Source of the DNA: Octopus bimaculoides
Lineage: Eukaryota
Length of the DNA: 64,000 nt
Direction: 5' to 3'
Assembly (NCBI RefSeq): GCF_001194135.2
Contig: NC_068994.1
Coordinates: forward strand, 22,666,698 to 22,730,697
Shown here in pieces: positions 36,501-50,153 of the stretch. Every line of letters starts with the position of its first letter. The first letter of the stretch is position 1. The position numbers were made by a program, and so were the translations under genes. The notes under the pieces were generated by a model. It saw only the letters and a program-made list of their open reading frames with translations, did not search any database and was not told the origin of the DNA.

Positions 36501-36777
36501 CCCTTAAACAAGTTCATTAGTTTATTACCATGAATATATACTTTGAAATAACATCTACTATCCACTCTCTCAGCTGTAACCTAGATGAAAGGGTCAGCTT
36601 GCATTATGTTCTATTTTTGTGAAGAATCCTAAGCGTTAAATTTTACTCTTAGTTCACCAGAAGAAAAAGGGTTTTTTTTCTTTTTTGCATGATGCAACAT
36701 CAATAAAGAACACGACTGAAACAGCTATAGTAAGCCTCAACACATCTGTGTTATTGGTTATATATATATATATATAT

Positions 36778-39700
36778 CATCATCAGCATTGTTTAATGTC
36801 TGCCTTCCTTGCTGGCATGGGTTGGATGGTTTGACAGGAGCTGGCCAGGCAGGAGCCTCCACCAGACTTCTGTGTCTGTTTTGGCATGGTTTTTATAGCC
36901 GGATGCCCTTCCTAACACAAACCACCTAGCAAAGTGGGCTGTGTGCTTTTTACATGGCACAAGTACTGGTGAGGTCAGTTTGGCATGGTTTTTACAGCTG
37001 GATGTCCTTCCAAATGCCAACCACTTTACAGTGTAGACTGGATGCTTTTTAAGTGGCACCAGCACTGGCAGGGTCTCCAAGTAACTTGCAAGATAAAGAT
37101 CCTTTGAGAGGGGAGGGGGCATTGGAGAATGGGATCTTGTGTCAGATGATGAAAGGTTATAGTGAGACAGAGAGATAGAAACAGGTGTCTTACTGTAAGG
37201 GAGGTACATCGTTACCCAGCCAGTGAGAGAGAGAGAGAGAAAGAGAAATGAGGACAGAAACAGGCGTGCTGCTGTAAAGGAGGTACATGGCTACCCAATC
37301 TGAAGGAAGAGCAGGAGAAGGAGAGGGAGAGTGGGAGACAGCAGGAGTACAAGAGAGAGAGCAGGAGAGAGATGGTGGTAAAATGCCAGGCATACTCACA
37401 AGGGACAGGGATCAGAATATAAATAAGACAGTTGAGTAAAAGAGAGTGATAGATGGTGGCAAGTGCCAGGGCATACCCTTGAAGTATGGAAGTTATAATA
37501 TAAGTAGCAGGGCATTGCCAAAGCTGCATGAGCAGAGAGTGGGGGAGAGGAATGTAGTGGGTGGTGAAAACCTGGGTATATAGAGGAGGAGTTACTGGAT
37601 ATCAATGATACAGTGAACGGGGTAGTGAGAACAGGATTGGGGAGTGAGAGATAAGCATAGTGCATGAAAGAAGAGATGTGAGGAAGAGAAGAGATGTAGT
37701 TTGGTTTGTTGGGGTAGGGTCTGTGAGTAGTTTTCTTATTACGTGTAGGTTGAACACAGCATTTCTAGAACTTTGCACATCCAGTAGAGTATATTGCCTT
37801 CATTTCTCTCCAGTTTATGCATGTCTTCTGCATTCAGAGCCCATGTCTCACTACTATGGAGTATAGCCATTTACACACAAGCATCATACAATCTACCCTT
37901 CATTCTGAGAGAGAGTCCTTTAGTTGCCAACAGAGGTAATAGCTCTCTGAACTTCCTCCATCCTATTCTTATTCTAGAAACAATACTTTCAAAGCATCTT
38001 CTACCATTGCTAATTTGGTCACCTAGGTAACAGAAACTATCTACAACCTCGCAAGAGTCTCCTGGGCATTTGAGAGAGACTAAGTCCCATGTGTTCTTAG
38101 TGCTTATTGTTCCTGCACATCTGCCACATATGAAGACATTATCTGTTAATCTACCTGTGATTCCACTGCACCTCTTTTGTGTCCATAGCTTACACTGGGT
38201 GCAGCAAATGGAATTACTTCCAACTCCTTTCCTTCATACTGAGCAGGGCCATTTACCTGACGGGAAGAGAGTCCTCTCTTTGTTTTCTTGCTAACAACTT
38301 TGGTCTTTAAGGCCCTTTGATTCCAGGTTTTGCTTCCATACCTGGAATTTCTTCTCCAATTCTGTTACAAATTCTACAATAAGAGCGAGATCATTAGCAT
38401 AAAGTAGTTCCCATGGACATCCAGTTTTAAATTCCTCTGTTATGGCCTGGAGGACTATAATGAATGAGAGTGGGCAAAGAACTGAACCTTGGAGAACCCT
38501 TACTTATACGCTAAATTCATCACTGTATTTGTGGCTGACTCTCACCTGAATGACAGTTCCAACAAGCCACTCCTCTACTCCTAACTTCCTTAGAGACCAC
38601 TGGATAACAGAACAGGGGACACTAAAAAACTTTCTCCAGGTTGACAAAAGCTAAGTACAGTGGCTTACTTTTTGGCCAAATACTTTTCCTGTAGCTATCT
38701 CATTAGGAAGATAGAATCTGTGGTACTTCTCCCAGGAATGAAACCAAACTGCATCTCATCTAGTTTAATTGTATTCCTAATCAATTGATCTACAACTCTC
38801 TCAGTAACTTTCATGACCGGGTCTAACAGTTCGATACCTCTGTATTTGTTTCTATCTAAGGCATCCCCTTTACTCTTGTAGCAGCTAACTATAATACTAC
38901 CTTNNNNNNNNNNCATTTTCCACATTTAGTAACCTTTCATAGTGGCACTTCCATGCATCTTTCATCTCTGAGTCACTAAGTGCAAGCCTACCATTATCCA
39001 TTCACACACATTTCTCACCCACCACATCTTTATTCTCCCTGATCCACTGCTTTGTAATCCTTGATCCTCATGCTATATAACATTGGCAAACCTCTTACCT
39101 TCAGCTATTCTTTGCCATGTAAACCTGTTGCCTAGCTTATTCTCTGCTTCTAATGTTTTTCCAGTCTTTCCAGGCCTGTCTCTTTGCTTTTATACTGCTG
39201 TCCACCTCCTTGTTCCACCACCATGTCACCACAGTCTAGCATCAACCACATATTTGATCTGCAGCCCTCAGTAAATTGTCCCGCAGGGACTTCCAGTTTT
39301 CCTCTAAGCTATATGTCTCTACCTCTTCCTCTCATCAGAGGCTTCCATTAGAATGTCTTTGAATTTTTGTTGGTTAGCTGAGTCTTTGACCTTCCAAATC
39401 CTCTATTCCAGTATGGTTTATTTTTCCAAATCTTTCTAGCCCTTATTTTGAAGTCACTAACTAGTAGCCTATGTTGGAATGTACACTCTTCACCTGGGAA
39501 AGGCTTCACATTTGTTACCAGGCGAGGAGGTAAACAATCTGGCTTATGTGTCCATCAGACTGATAACTAATTAGGTTGCTGGCTAGTTTTCTGAAGTTAA
39601 TGTTGCAGATCGTGAGATCATTTGCATCACAGAACTCCAGTAGCCTCGTTCCCTCTTCATTCCTGGGGCCAAAGCTATAACCACCATGCACCATGGAGAT

Positions 39701-40180
39701 GCTGCCCAACATGTCAATTAAAGTTACCAGCCACAATAACCAAGTTTCTGTCATTTGCTGTTGAGGTAGTCTGCTGAAGGACTTGTAGAATTGGTCCTTC
39801 TGGTCATTAGCCAGCCCAGCCTGTGGGGCAAAGGTGGAGATAAATTTAACTGTTAATTTATCTATGATAAATCTTAGCTTAATAATCCTATCACTTTATT
39901 TCAGTTACCTTATCCACCCACTTTTCTGCTAACAATATGTCCGCACCACCCTGCCTATTCAGAAAAATTTGAATCTCTGTTTCTTACCTATGAGGAATCT
40001 AGTAGAGGCCCCCTTCTTGCACACTGCACACATCAATATGGTAACACTCCATCATTTCAATAATCTCACTGGACCTACCTTTCACTGTGCCAACATTCAT
40101 GGTAGTGGCCCTACCTATCAGGGTGACAGTGAGAAAGCAGTCACTGTGAGTCTTTTCTCAGCACCTGAAAAAAAAGATCT
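36778..40180 (-). mobile_element. Near full-length RTE LINE relic (EN, RT with PHD insert, purine-rich spacer, 3' tail)
   Basis: EN motifs 39500-40100, WKCHYERLLNVE, NKYRGIELLD, QFGFIPGRSTTD, YANDL at about 38395, PHD 38115-38245, (GAT)-type tail at 36778; attachment of the tail across 37150-37770 is inferred. Confidence 0.8.
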
Positions 40181-40964
40181 GTGCAAGCACTTGCAAGGTG
40201 GCATAGAGCTTTTAAACATAGTTTATTCAAATCAATTGAATCACTATTTCCTCAATCCATACAGCATCCAGATTAAGGGACAAGAAGGAGAGAAAGGGAG
40301 AGAGGAAAAAGAGGGCATGAAAGTGGGTAGTGGTAGAGTAGCGTAATTCATAAAGATCTTGGTACTGGTAGTTAGTTAGCATCAAGCATGTATGACTTGT
40401 ATAGATCACAATAGCAGATGATACTCAATCAACAAAGTCTATTAATCAATGTATGTTATACGCTTCATCCCATATTAAATTAGATGGAGATTTCAATAAG
40501 ATGACTGCCACTATACAACTGATGGCCTAACAAAAAATATTTGGAATTATGTGATTATAAGTTAAAGGGCATAGGGAATGGTGAAGATAAATCTGTAAAA
40601 CATATGTTTCAAAGCCAACCTGAATATGCTTTACATAACTCAAAGCTGTATATATGTGTGTTACACCTTTGAATTATGTAAAATGTTTAGATTGGCTTGG
40701 AAACATATGCAATACAGATTTGCCTTCTTCATTCCCTACATCCTTTAATACACACACACACACACACATATATACATATGAATGTGTTTGTGTGTATACT
40801 TGTCCAGACATCATGTGATGGTTGTAAATGAGCATCAGCATCATACAAAGTTGTTTCCAATCTTCTGTAAAAACACATCTGGCCATAGTGAAATATTACC
40901 TTGCTTGGAAACACATGAAGGTTAGTGGCAGGTGTTTTGCTGCACATATATATATATATATATA

Positions 40965-41169
40965 TGCCAGTGGCACATAAAAAGCACCCACCATACTCTG
41001 TTAAGTAGTTGGCATTAGAAAGGGCATCCAGCCATAGAAACTATGTCATAACAGACAGTTGGGGTCTAGACAGCTCCCTGCTAGCCAGCTCCATGTCAAA
41101 CCGTCCAATCCATGCCATCATGGAAATGGGTGTTAAACAATAATGATAATGATGATGATGATGATGATG

Positions 41170-41170
<1 letters not shown>
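40965..41170 (+). mobile_element. RTE tail copy
   Basis: GTGGCACATAAAAAGCACCCA...GGCATTAGAAAGGGCATCCAGC...GTTAAAC..(GAT)n. Confidence 0.75.
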
Positions 41171-41226
<56 letters not shown>

Positions 41227-41384
41227 TATATATGTATGTATGTATATTTGTGTGTGTGTATGGATTGCTATTATATATATCCATATATGACAGCAATCCA
41301 CTGCATTATTTCCTTAGCGTGTCCCTGAAAAGTGGCCATAACATGAAATCTTATAGAAAATCATGTTATAAAGTGATAGAGCAT

Positions 41385-41765
41385 TCTGTGTCATGTGGTT
41401 AAGAAGCTTGCTTTGCAATCATGTGGTTACTGGTTCAGTCCCACTGTGTGTAGTACTTTGTGTGTGGTACTTATAGCACCAGAGCAACCAAATGACTTGA
41501 GATTGAATTTAGTAGATGGAAACTGTGTGAAAGCTTGCCATATAAATATATGAATGTGTGTCTTTGTGCTTGTCACCTCATCCACCACATGACAACTGGT
41601 GTTGGTTTGTTTATGTCCCTGTAACTTATTAGTTCAGCAAAAGAGACTGATAGAATAAGTACCTTGTTTAGAAAATATGTAATGGCATAGATATGTTTGA
41701 CTAAAAACTCCAAAGCAATGTCCTATGGTTGCTGCAGTGCAGTGACTGACGCAAGAATAAAAAAG
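41385..41765 (+). mobile_element. SINE family A, near full length, diverged
   Basis: GTGGTTAAGAAGCTTGC...GGTTCAGTCCCACTG...GATAGAATAAGTACC. Confidence 0.75.
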
Positions 41766-41769
41766 ATTT

Positions 41770-42140
41770 TTAAAAAATAGGTAACTCTTGAAAGCCCTTC
41801 AATTTTTGGAATGATACACAAGCGAGGGCTTTAATTTCCTATCACCCGAAGCTTTTTCTCTGATAAGAAGCATCAGATGATTTATAGAAGCTTTAAATCA
41901 TGGTGTTTCTTCTTGAGAAATAAATTCTAGCAAGCATGATCTTCCAGAAAGTGAATTTTCATCAACATCGTATCCTTGCTCTGGTGTATAGCCCCCTTTA
42001 GCAATCATGTTTTTTTAGCTGCTCAAGCTAATTAGAGGCGGCTTCTATGTCAGCACTGGCAGCTCCACCAGTCATTTTTAAGTTGTGCAAATTCAAACAC
42101 TTTGTCAACCTTTCAGACCAGATTTTACCAATCAGAAAAG
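41770..42140 (-). mobile_element. Tigger/pogo-like transposase fragment
   Basis: TGGAASADIEAA...GGYTPEQGYDVDE...FKAS..LMLL..ASGDRKLKP.LVYHS. Confidence 0.7.
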
Positions 42141-42804
42141 GTTTTCCAATTGAAGTTTTACCTTTGTATAAACTGTTATAGAAACTCTCTGATATCGGAA
42201 TGGAGAGCTACTTGCAACATCAGAGACTATTTTGTTCACTTTTTTCCTTATCAGAGATGATGGATTTTCATGCAAGCATGTGGCCTGCTGCAAATATGCA
42301 CAGTTGAAAAAGTTCAAACTGGCTGAAATGCATCTGGCACTCTCTCTGGCCACTACTGAGATGAGCTTTTGTCTTTCTCTGATATTTATTGTTTTAACAC
42401 AGCAAGCACATAGATGTTATCTCAGGAAATACTGCAATAACAGGTCTATCAACAGTGTGTATACATTAAGTATGATACATAGAGGGCTATTTTAATTAAA
42501 TACTGCCTAAATTGCATATGCAGCTATTCACAATATCAGTGAAAATTTCACTCACTTTTACCAATATCAGAGATGAGAAATTCTCATTTGAGCATGTGGG
42601 TAGCTGTGACTACACGCTACTGAAAAGGCTGAAAAAGGACAAATGCATCTAGTGCATCTCCCAGTGGCCACTGCTGGGTCAAGTTATTGTTTCTCTCTGA
42701 TATTTATTGTATTTTCAACACAGCAAGCCCATAACAGATGTCATCTCAGGACAAATACTGCAGTAAGTGGCCTAGCAACAGTGTGTATACAATAAGTATG
42801 ATTG

Positions 42805-43613
42805 TTCATCCATCATTCATGAGCACCTGGTAAAGCTTGGGTACACAAATCACTATGATGTTTGGGTACCACATGAGTTGAGTGAGAAGAACCTTTTGGA
42901 TCGCATTTCCATCTGTGATTCACTTTATAAACGGAATGAAAACGCGCCTTTTTTAAAGCAAATTGTGACAGGTGATGAGAAATAGATTATCTACCGAAAT
43001 GTTCAGAGAAAGCAATCCTGGAGTAAGCGACATGAGCCACCCTTAGCCACCCCAAAAGCAGGTCTTCACCCTAAAAAGGTCTAGCTTTGTGTCTGGTGGG
43101 ATTGGAAAGGAATTCTGTACTATGAGCTTCTCCCAAGTAACCAGACAATTAATTCTGAGAAATTCTGCACACAACTGGACAAGTTAAAAACAGCAATCCA
43201 AGAGAAACGTCCAGAATTGGCCAACAGGAAGGGTGTTGTTTTCCAACATGATAATGCAAGACTGCACGTTTCTTTGGGAAACAGACAAAAATTGCTGCAG
43301 CTCAGCTGGGATGTGTTACCCCACCTTCCATATTCACCAGATATTGCTCCTTCGGATTTCCACTTATTCAGGTCTCTACAGAATAGTCTTAATGGTAAAA
43401 ATTTCAATTCCTTGGATGACATAAAAAATACCTTGATGAATTTTTTGCCATGAAACCACCTCAATCCTGGAAAAGGGTATTTTCAACTAAAAGGAAAGAT
43501 GGAGACACATTGTGCAACAAAATGGTTCATATTTGGTTGATTAAAAATGTAATGGCAAGTATTTATTGACCTTTTTCTTTCCTTTAAAAATCGGCACGAA
43601 CTTTCCGGACAAC

Positions 43614-43617
<4 letters not shown>
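42805..43617 (+). mobile_element. Hsmar1-like DD34D mariner, 5'-truncated
   Basis: WVPHEL, IVTGDEK, HDN-x34-DFHLF; 3' TIR ...GCACGAACTTTCCGGACAACCCAA+TA; same family as 33480-34664. Confidence 0.9.
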
Positions 43618-43651
<34 letters not shown>

Positions 43652-43653
<2 letters not shown>

Positions 43654-44320
43654 CAGGTTGTAAGATGTATTTGATGATATATTTGTTAGTCTAAAACAGC
43701 TCCAATGGAGCAAAGCCTGTGCTTTAACCCTTCAACATTCAGATTAGTTTGTCAAATGTAATGCTTATTTATTTGCATTTTGAATTAATCATGCATTATC
43801 TTGTAACTCAAGCTTTTGATGATGTAATTGTTTAGTTTTAGAATGACATTGTAGGGTAATTGTGAGAGGCCAGCTCCAGTTAGTTAAAACAGACAGAATA
43901 TAAGCTTTCTGATAAGATAATTCCATGAATCCACCATCAGCTTCAATGACAGCTTCTATGTGGGACCAGAACTGCTGATATACCTGCACTAAATGGGCTG
44001 TGTTCATTGTAGACACCACCTGGACAATGGTAGCCTTCAGTGAAACTATGGCATCATGAGCATGTCAATTAGCTTCTCTTTCAAGAAAAACAGTAATTCA
44101 TGGGATTCAAATCTGGTGAGTTTGTTGCTACATGATTGTAAAGATTGTCTCATATCCATTCTTGGGTTATGCAAGCTTTGCGAGAAGGTACTGAGTTTTG
44201 TTGAAACATATATGACCTTCCACTATCTCTAGCACCTCAATGCAACCAGCAGCATTAATTCTAAGACCATGTGTTGAGACATAAGATGGCATGACATGAC
44301 CTTCATTTACTCACCACACC
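43652..44320 (-). mobile_element. maT (DD37D-family) relic, 3' half
   Basis: GLRINAAG, FQQNS, NSPDLNPMNY, HIEAVIEADGGF; 3' end similar to 4470-4535. Confidence 0.7.
43724..43901. mobile_element. Truncated TTAA MITE family 1 nested in the maT relic
   Basis: TTAACCCTTCAACATTCAGAT...GACATTGTAGGGTAATTGTGAGAGGCCAG, homologous to 51999-52226. Confidence 0.7.
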
Positions 44321-44329
44321 TAAAACCAT

Positions 44330-45548
44330 CGCAGTCACTGAAAACTTCTGAGGGTAGGCTGTGAAGGAACTGTGAAATTTCTGAGGGTAGGCTATGCTAG
44401 AGCTGTGAAATTTTGCATGCATTAATGTTGACTCTTCTTATTGGTAACTGCATTGTCTCTTTCCAAGTAAACTGACATCTGACTTATTGAAAGAAAACTT
44501 CAGAAGTAACTAGTAGCAACTTCTCTTCAAAATGGACAAAATTTGGCATCATCTTATCAAGTACCTGCAGAAAAAGGGTTTAACCCCTAACAACATTCAT
44601 GTTGACATAGTTGCTACATTAGGGGATGACATTCCAGCTTTATCAACAATTGTAAAAGTGGGCAGCTGAATTTAGGAGGGGAAGGGAGTCTTGAAGATGA
44701 CCCAAGGTTTGGATGTCCTGCAACTGCCACCACCAAGGAAAATATTGTGTTCACCACATGGTAATAGATGACAGACGATTGACTGTAAATCAAATGGCCA
44801 ATACTATTAACATATCCTGTGAGAGAGTTGAGAATACTCTGTACAATGAACTTAGCATGACAAAGGTTTCTGTCACCTGATCAAAAATACACCAGGCTGA
44901 TCACATCATGGGAAAATCTGGCATTGTTTGAGGCTGATCCAGCTGGTTACCTTGAAGGTTTCCTAACTCAGGATCAGTGTTGGGCCAGAAACAAAGAGAC
45001 AACCAATGCAGTGGAAACACCCCTCCTCACCTGCTCAAAAGAAGGTCAAGGTCATTTCATCTGCAGGGAAAATGATAACCTGTTTTGGTGGATGCAAAAA
45101 GTATTATTTTTATCAACTATCTTCAAAGGGGCCAGAGTACTAATGCCAACTTGAAGCAGTTTCAAAAGGCTATCAAGACCAAATGCCCAGGAAAACTGAT
45201 GAAAGGGTTCTTGTTTCATCAGGACAATGCTCCAGTATACAAGTCCTTGATTTCAAAGGCTGCTGTGCATGACTGTGGCTTTGAACTAGTCAATTACCCT
45301 CCCTATTCTCCTGATTTGGCCCCATCTGAATATCATCTGTTCTGCAACATGAAAAAGTACTTGGCTGGGAACCGGTATCAGTGATCATGTTATATCTGCC
45401 ATTGATCATTAATGAGATCCAAGCACCGCAACACTGATGAAAGACATGTGGACTACAAAGGGGACTATATAGAAAAATAAACCTCATTTGGTTACATTCC
45501 ATGAGAGTATTTTGGTCAGCCTTTGAACTTTTCAGCCGATTCTTGTAG
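44330..45548 (+). mobile_element. irritans/Hsmar2-like mariner relic
   Basis: KWAAEFRRG..SLEDDPR, HQDNAP-x-PPYSPDLAPSEYHLF (third Asp mutated to Glu); 3' TIR-like GAACTTTTCAGCCGATTCTTGTA. Confidence 0.8.
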
Positions 45549-46497
45549 TGTGTCTCACTCTAGGAACATCAGAAGGATCTGCACATAACCAGCTGTCATT
45601 TCTCCTCTTGGACTTTTGGTGTTGGTCAATGTTTTTCTTGTCAGAGAAGAATCAATGCATGCTATGTTCATGAGGGATTTTAACCTTGTTAAATAACTGA
45701 TGGCAGGGATCAAAGTTTGCCTGTATCTTTGCAGACATGAATTGGCCTTTCCTCAGTGAATATGACTTATACTGCATACCCTTGTGCATCACGTTCTGAT
45801 AGTCCACTTTAACACTTTAAGTTGTTTGGTGATAGCCCTTATTGATTATTCTGAGATGCTGAGCTTCACAAGAGCGATGGCAAAGGACCGAAATGATTGG
45901 TAATTTACTGTGTTTAAGAAGAAACTTTAATCAATGCAAAAATGAGACCCTACTCAGTAGCATCTCTTTCTACCTTATTTTCCACTTTCACCATTATCCT
46001 TTTCCATGTACACACCTTCATTTTACCAATGGCATCCCTGTTTGCTTTCCATTATTTCCATCCTTATGTACCGCAAATTTTGTCCATCTCTCTCACAGTC
46101 CACCCCACACTTCATCTCATCTGTGTTACCACCTATCACCTCTCTGACCCACACCTACTTCTTCCATCTTCCTGTCCAACTGATATTCACAATAAACAAT
46201 GCCTCCACCTATATTCACCAATTACTGCATTCTTTATCCAGTTGTTAGTCTCCTTCTACACTCGTGTGAACTTACCTACCACTTCACACTTCCCCAACCA
46301 ATCATCTGTATGACTTCTCTCATATACACTTTCCTGGAACTTGAGAGTTTCCCTGACTAATCTTCATTACTATCTTCTCTTTTCCAATAGAGGCAATCAG
46401 ATGTCTCACAGCAAGACACCTGTACCTGTCAATCATAAGTTAACCTCCCATTACCTTGTATAAAGCCACTTCCTTTAATATTATTCATGCCTTATAT

Positions 46498-46799
46498 CAG
46501 TGGTTCCGAGACATTTTCGGGCTGCCCCCCCCCACATCAAGGCCACATTCCTAGTGCCCCCACCCCAACTAACCATCACAAACATAGACCTCATTCTGAA
46601 GCAAACTCAAAGCAACTGTATTTCACAAATAAAACTTAACCTTATGAACCCATTATTTTGTTGCTTTTACATGAATCACCACCCCATTATTGCCCCAATT
46701 TTTACATGAATTGGTACCCCATTATCACCCCACTTTTCAACATCCCCTTGGAACTTTCCACCGTGGGGGGTGCAATACTGCACACTTTGGGAACCACTC
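46498..46799. mobile_element. hAT-type (Charlie/Buster-like) MITE
   Basis: CAGTGGTTCC ... GGGAACCACTC TIRs (terminal G mutated to C); 8-bp TSD CCTTATAT. Confidence 0.85.
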
Positions 46800-47234
46800 C
46801 CTTATATCCTCTATGTACAAAACATTACTCTCTTTCTACAATTCATATTTATCATAAAATACCCCCTCCACCCTTCTTCATAAATCTCTACCCATCCTTC
46901 ACTCTCCTCATACACTCTTGCAATTGCTACCCAACACCCTTCCTCTCTTCTTCCCCCACTCCCCTATTTACTCTCATACTTTGAGGGCTCACCCTGATAC
47001 TCTGTTACCACCATCTTTCTTTCCAGCTCTACATTGATTACTCCCACCCATTCTTGTATGTGATATATCTCCATGTTTTTGCCCCTTCTTTCATACTTTA
47101 ACCTCTCAACACCTAGCATAAAGTTGCTACCACCTCTACCCTAGTCATTCAGTTGAGGGTTATATTAGTCTTGCAAGCTGCATGGCAACTTGAACAGAGT
47201 TAGAGCTACAAAAAAGAAAAAGAAAAAAAAAACA

Positions 47235-47370
47235 CCCAGTACTCTTAGTAAAGTGGTTGGCATTAGACAGGGCATCAAGTTATATAGAATTTATGCCATA
47301 CCAGACAATGGAGCCTATCAAACTATCAAAACCATTCCAACATGGAAAATGGATGTTAAATGATGATAAA
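47235..47370 (+). mobile_element. RTE tail copy
   Basis: GTGGTTGGCATTAGACAGGGCATC...CATGGAAAATGGATGTTAAATGATGAT. Confidence 0.65.
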
Positions 47371-50153
47371 CAATTAACTTCATTACACTTCTCTGACACA
47401 ATTATTATCCACTCAAGTCAAGGATTGATAGTTTAATACACATTTACGTTGGTAGGTGGCTTCTCTCATGTCAGATGACAAATATCATTTGAAAATTTGA
47501 TAAATACATTTCTTCAATCACTTTCAGAAATAAGCGACTGGGATTTATGTTATGAGCAAAACTAAAAAATAAGTTGTCTTGAGAATCAATTTATAAAGTG
47601 CTTTCTTAACCAGATAATTTTATGCTTAATTCTTCAGTTTAATAATACATTGTTATAGCACAAGATCTAAGTCTGGAGAAAGGTACAGAAAATTAAAATC
47701 AGTCATTATATTCAATTAGTACATCAATCTGGAATAAAACGGATAAAATAAAAAAAAAATGTAAATAAATCTGAAAACATTTTAGCATTTGTTTCATGAA
47801 TTTTTATTAACTGCACAAACAATAAAAGTGCACTTAACCAATATTTCAGTTTATGTCAATAACACTGTGATTTGACATCTGTTGAGCATAATACAGAAAA
47901 CACTTAAGTAGCCTAAAATTTGGACTATACAATAAAGGGCTGGAAGAAAATAGTTAGACTGGCTTGTGCTAGAAAAAAAATCATAACACTTTCAGCAGGA
48001 ATGTAATAATGAAATTAAATTTACATTTCATTACCTATTGTTGAAAGAATTTCTTAACAAATAGAACACATTTCAAATTCATTTGTTTGTTTTCTAAACA
48101 CTCAGTTGTGCTGATAATATTGTTTTGAAAATTAGTTCTTCTATTTCCACATTAAAATTTTAAAATTAATTAGAAATAGCAGAAAATAAGAAATAAATTA
48201 AGATTGTTATTCTTGAAACAGCACAATTTTCCTGAAAGGAATTCAAATGGCAAATTATTCACAAAAATCAGATGTTTTTTTTCCTATCACAAGATAAACC
48301 TTTAGCAGAGAGATAAATATATGAATGTCTGTGTCAGATGTTCTCTTTTTAGATAGGAAGTACTTCAATTATTGAAGTTACAGTGTCAAGCAGATCTGTG
48401 GTCTTGAGGCAGCTAAACAAATATTTAGAGGTAACTCGATATACATTATGCAGTCTGGAATTTCAATCAAGCATTCCTATTCTGGAGACATTTATTTTAA
48501 AGATATTTTGACTAAAAATTAAGCTATTGAAATGCTTAATTATTTTTAATGTTATACTTCCATAGCATGTTTTTGTCTATCGACATAAACAGCTTTTCAA
48601 GAGTTATAGGAAGTTCCTTCTCTCCACAGAGAAATTATTGAAAACATTGTTCCATACATTTGACCATCTGAAGATATAAAATGCCTATAATAATTATGTA
48701 ATTTTTTAAAAATAGACGTAACAGCTAATTGAATCAAATTCAAAGAATGTGTTACCATGATGATATATGTTTTATCAAAGTAACATAATCAATGTTTCAA
48801 TATTCAATTTTCCATTTCCAATGCAGATTTATCTGAAAACAAGTGATAAGTTACCTTAAATGTTTTCTCCATGTGAAAAGATTGATTTATAACAAGATAA
48901 ATAGTGCAATCTTTACCAAATAAGTAAAATGCATAATGAATTAGCTGGATAAAAAAGGAAGTTTCTCTAAGAAGTGGAGAAAAAATTAACACTCACAAAA
49001 GTAACAGAAAAAGAAGAAAAATTTAAAGACAGAAAAAATAAATATGTTTGGAGTTTGATTATCTAATGTTACAATTTTTAGAACACTGTTCGCAACATTT
49101 TGTACTTTTCTCTTTCAGATGATATATTTGAAGATTTGTAATCTTTATAAAGATTTACATTTCTCTTCAGACAACTCTATTAACTAAGAAAAACAGCAAA
49201 AAAAAAAAACTTGGTATTTAAACAGAAGGCTGACCATATTAAAGAAACTAAAACAAAAATTATTCAGTAATTGTTTTCTAAGGAAACTGTTGTTAAATTC
49301 AAGATTTATTTTGAGTTAAATTTCTTATGATTCTCAATAAAAGTTAATAATTTATTTAAAAAGCAATAGTTGTTTGGAGCATAAAACATCTTTGTATATA
49401 CACTAAGTACTATACACTTTTTTTTATGTACACAGTGTGNNNNNNNNNNNNNNNNNNNNNNNNNNNNNNNNNNNNNNNNNNNNACATTTCTCTTCAGACA
49501 ACTCTATTAACTAAGAAAAACAGCAAAAAAAAAAAACTTGGTATTTAAACAGAAGGCTGACCATATTAAAGAAACTAAAACAAAAATTATTCAGTAATTG
49601 TTTTCTAAGGAAACTGTTGTTAAATTCAAGATTTATTTTGAGTTAAATTTCTTATGATTCTCAATAAAAGTTAATAATTTATTTAAAAAGCAATAGTTGT
49701 TTGGAGCATAAAACATCTTTGTATATACACTAAGTACTATACACTTTTTTTTATGTACACAGTGTGCGTGCAGGGGGTGATGTATGCTGGCAAATTGTGT
49801 GAAATTTGGAAAATATCAGTCTATTTGTAATTATTTAGCCATGTCCCTCTGCGTAAAAAGTATTCAAAGACGAGATCACATTCTACATAATGAGACCTCT
49901 TCAAAAAATGCTAATTAGTCACAGTATAGTAAACAACTAAAATATTGAAGAAGAAACTAAGGCTAATAAGCCTCGTATATACAACTTGTTAGTTAAGCAA
50001 GTTTCAAAAAATAATGCATCAGTGTGTGTGTGTGTGTGTGTGTGTGTAAATATTTGTGTTTGAGTGTTTGCCTATGTGTGTGTTTGTGTGCTTTAGTAAA
50101 AATGCAATCAATTACATGATACATAGATATTGAAAAAGGATATTTTCAGAATT

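Noticed and set aside
42805-43450. Domesticated SETMAR-like transposase gene
   Set aside because: In-frame stop after TGDEK, a frameshift, 5' truncation, a retained TIR and no SET exon; an ordinary relic.
49157-49766. Identical 283-bp direct repeat (49157-49439 and 49484-49766)
   Set aside because: The copies are identical and sit on either side of an N gap, typical of unmerged contig overlap rather than a real duplication.
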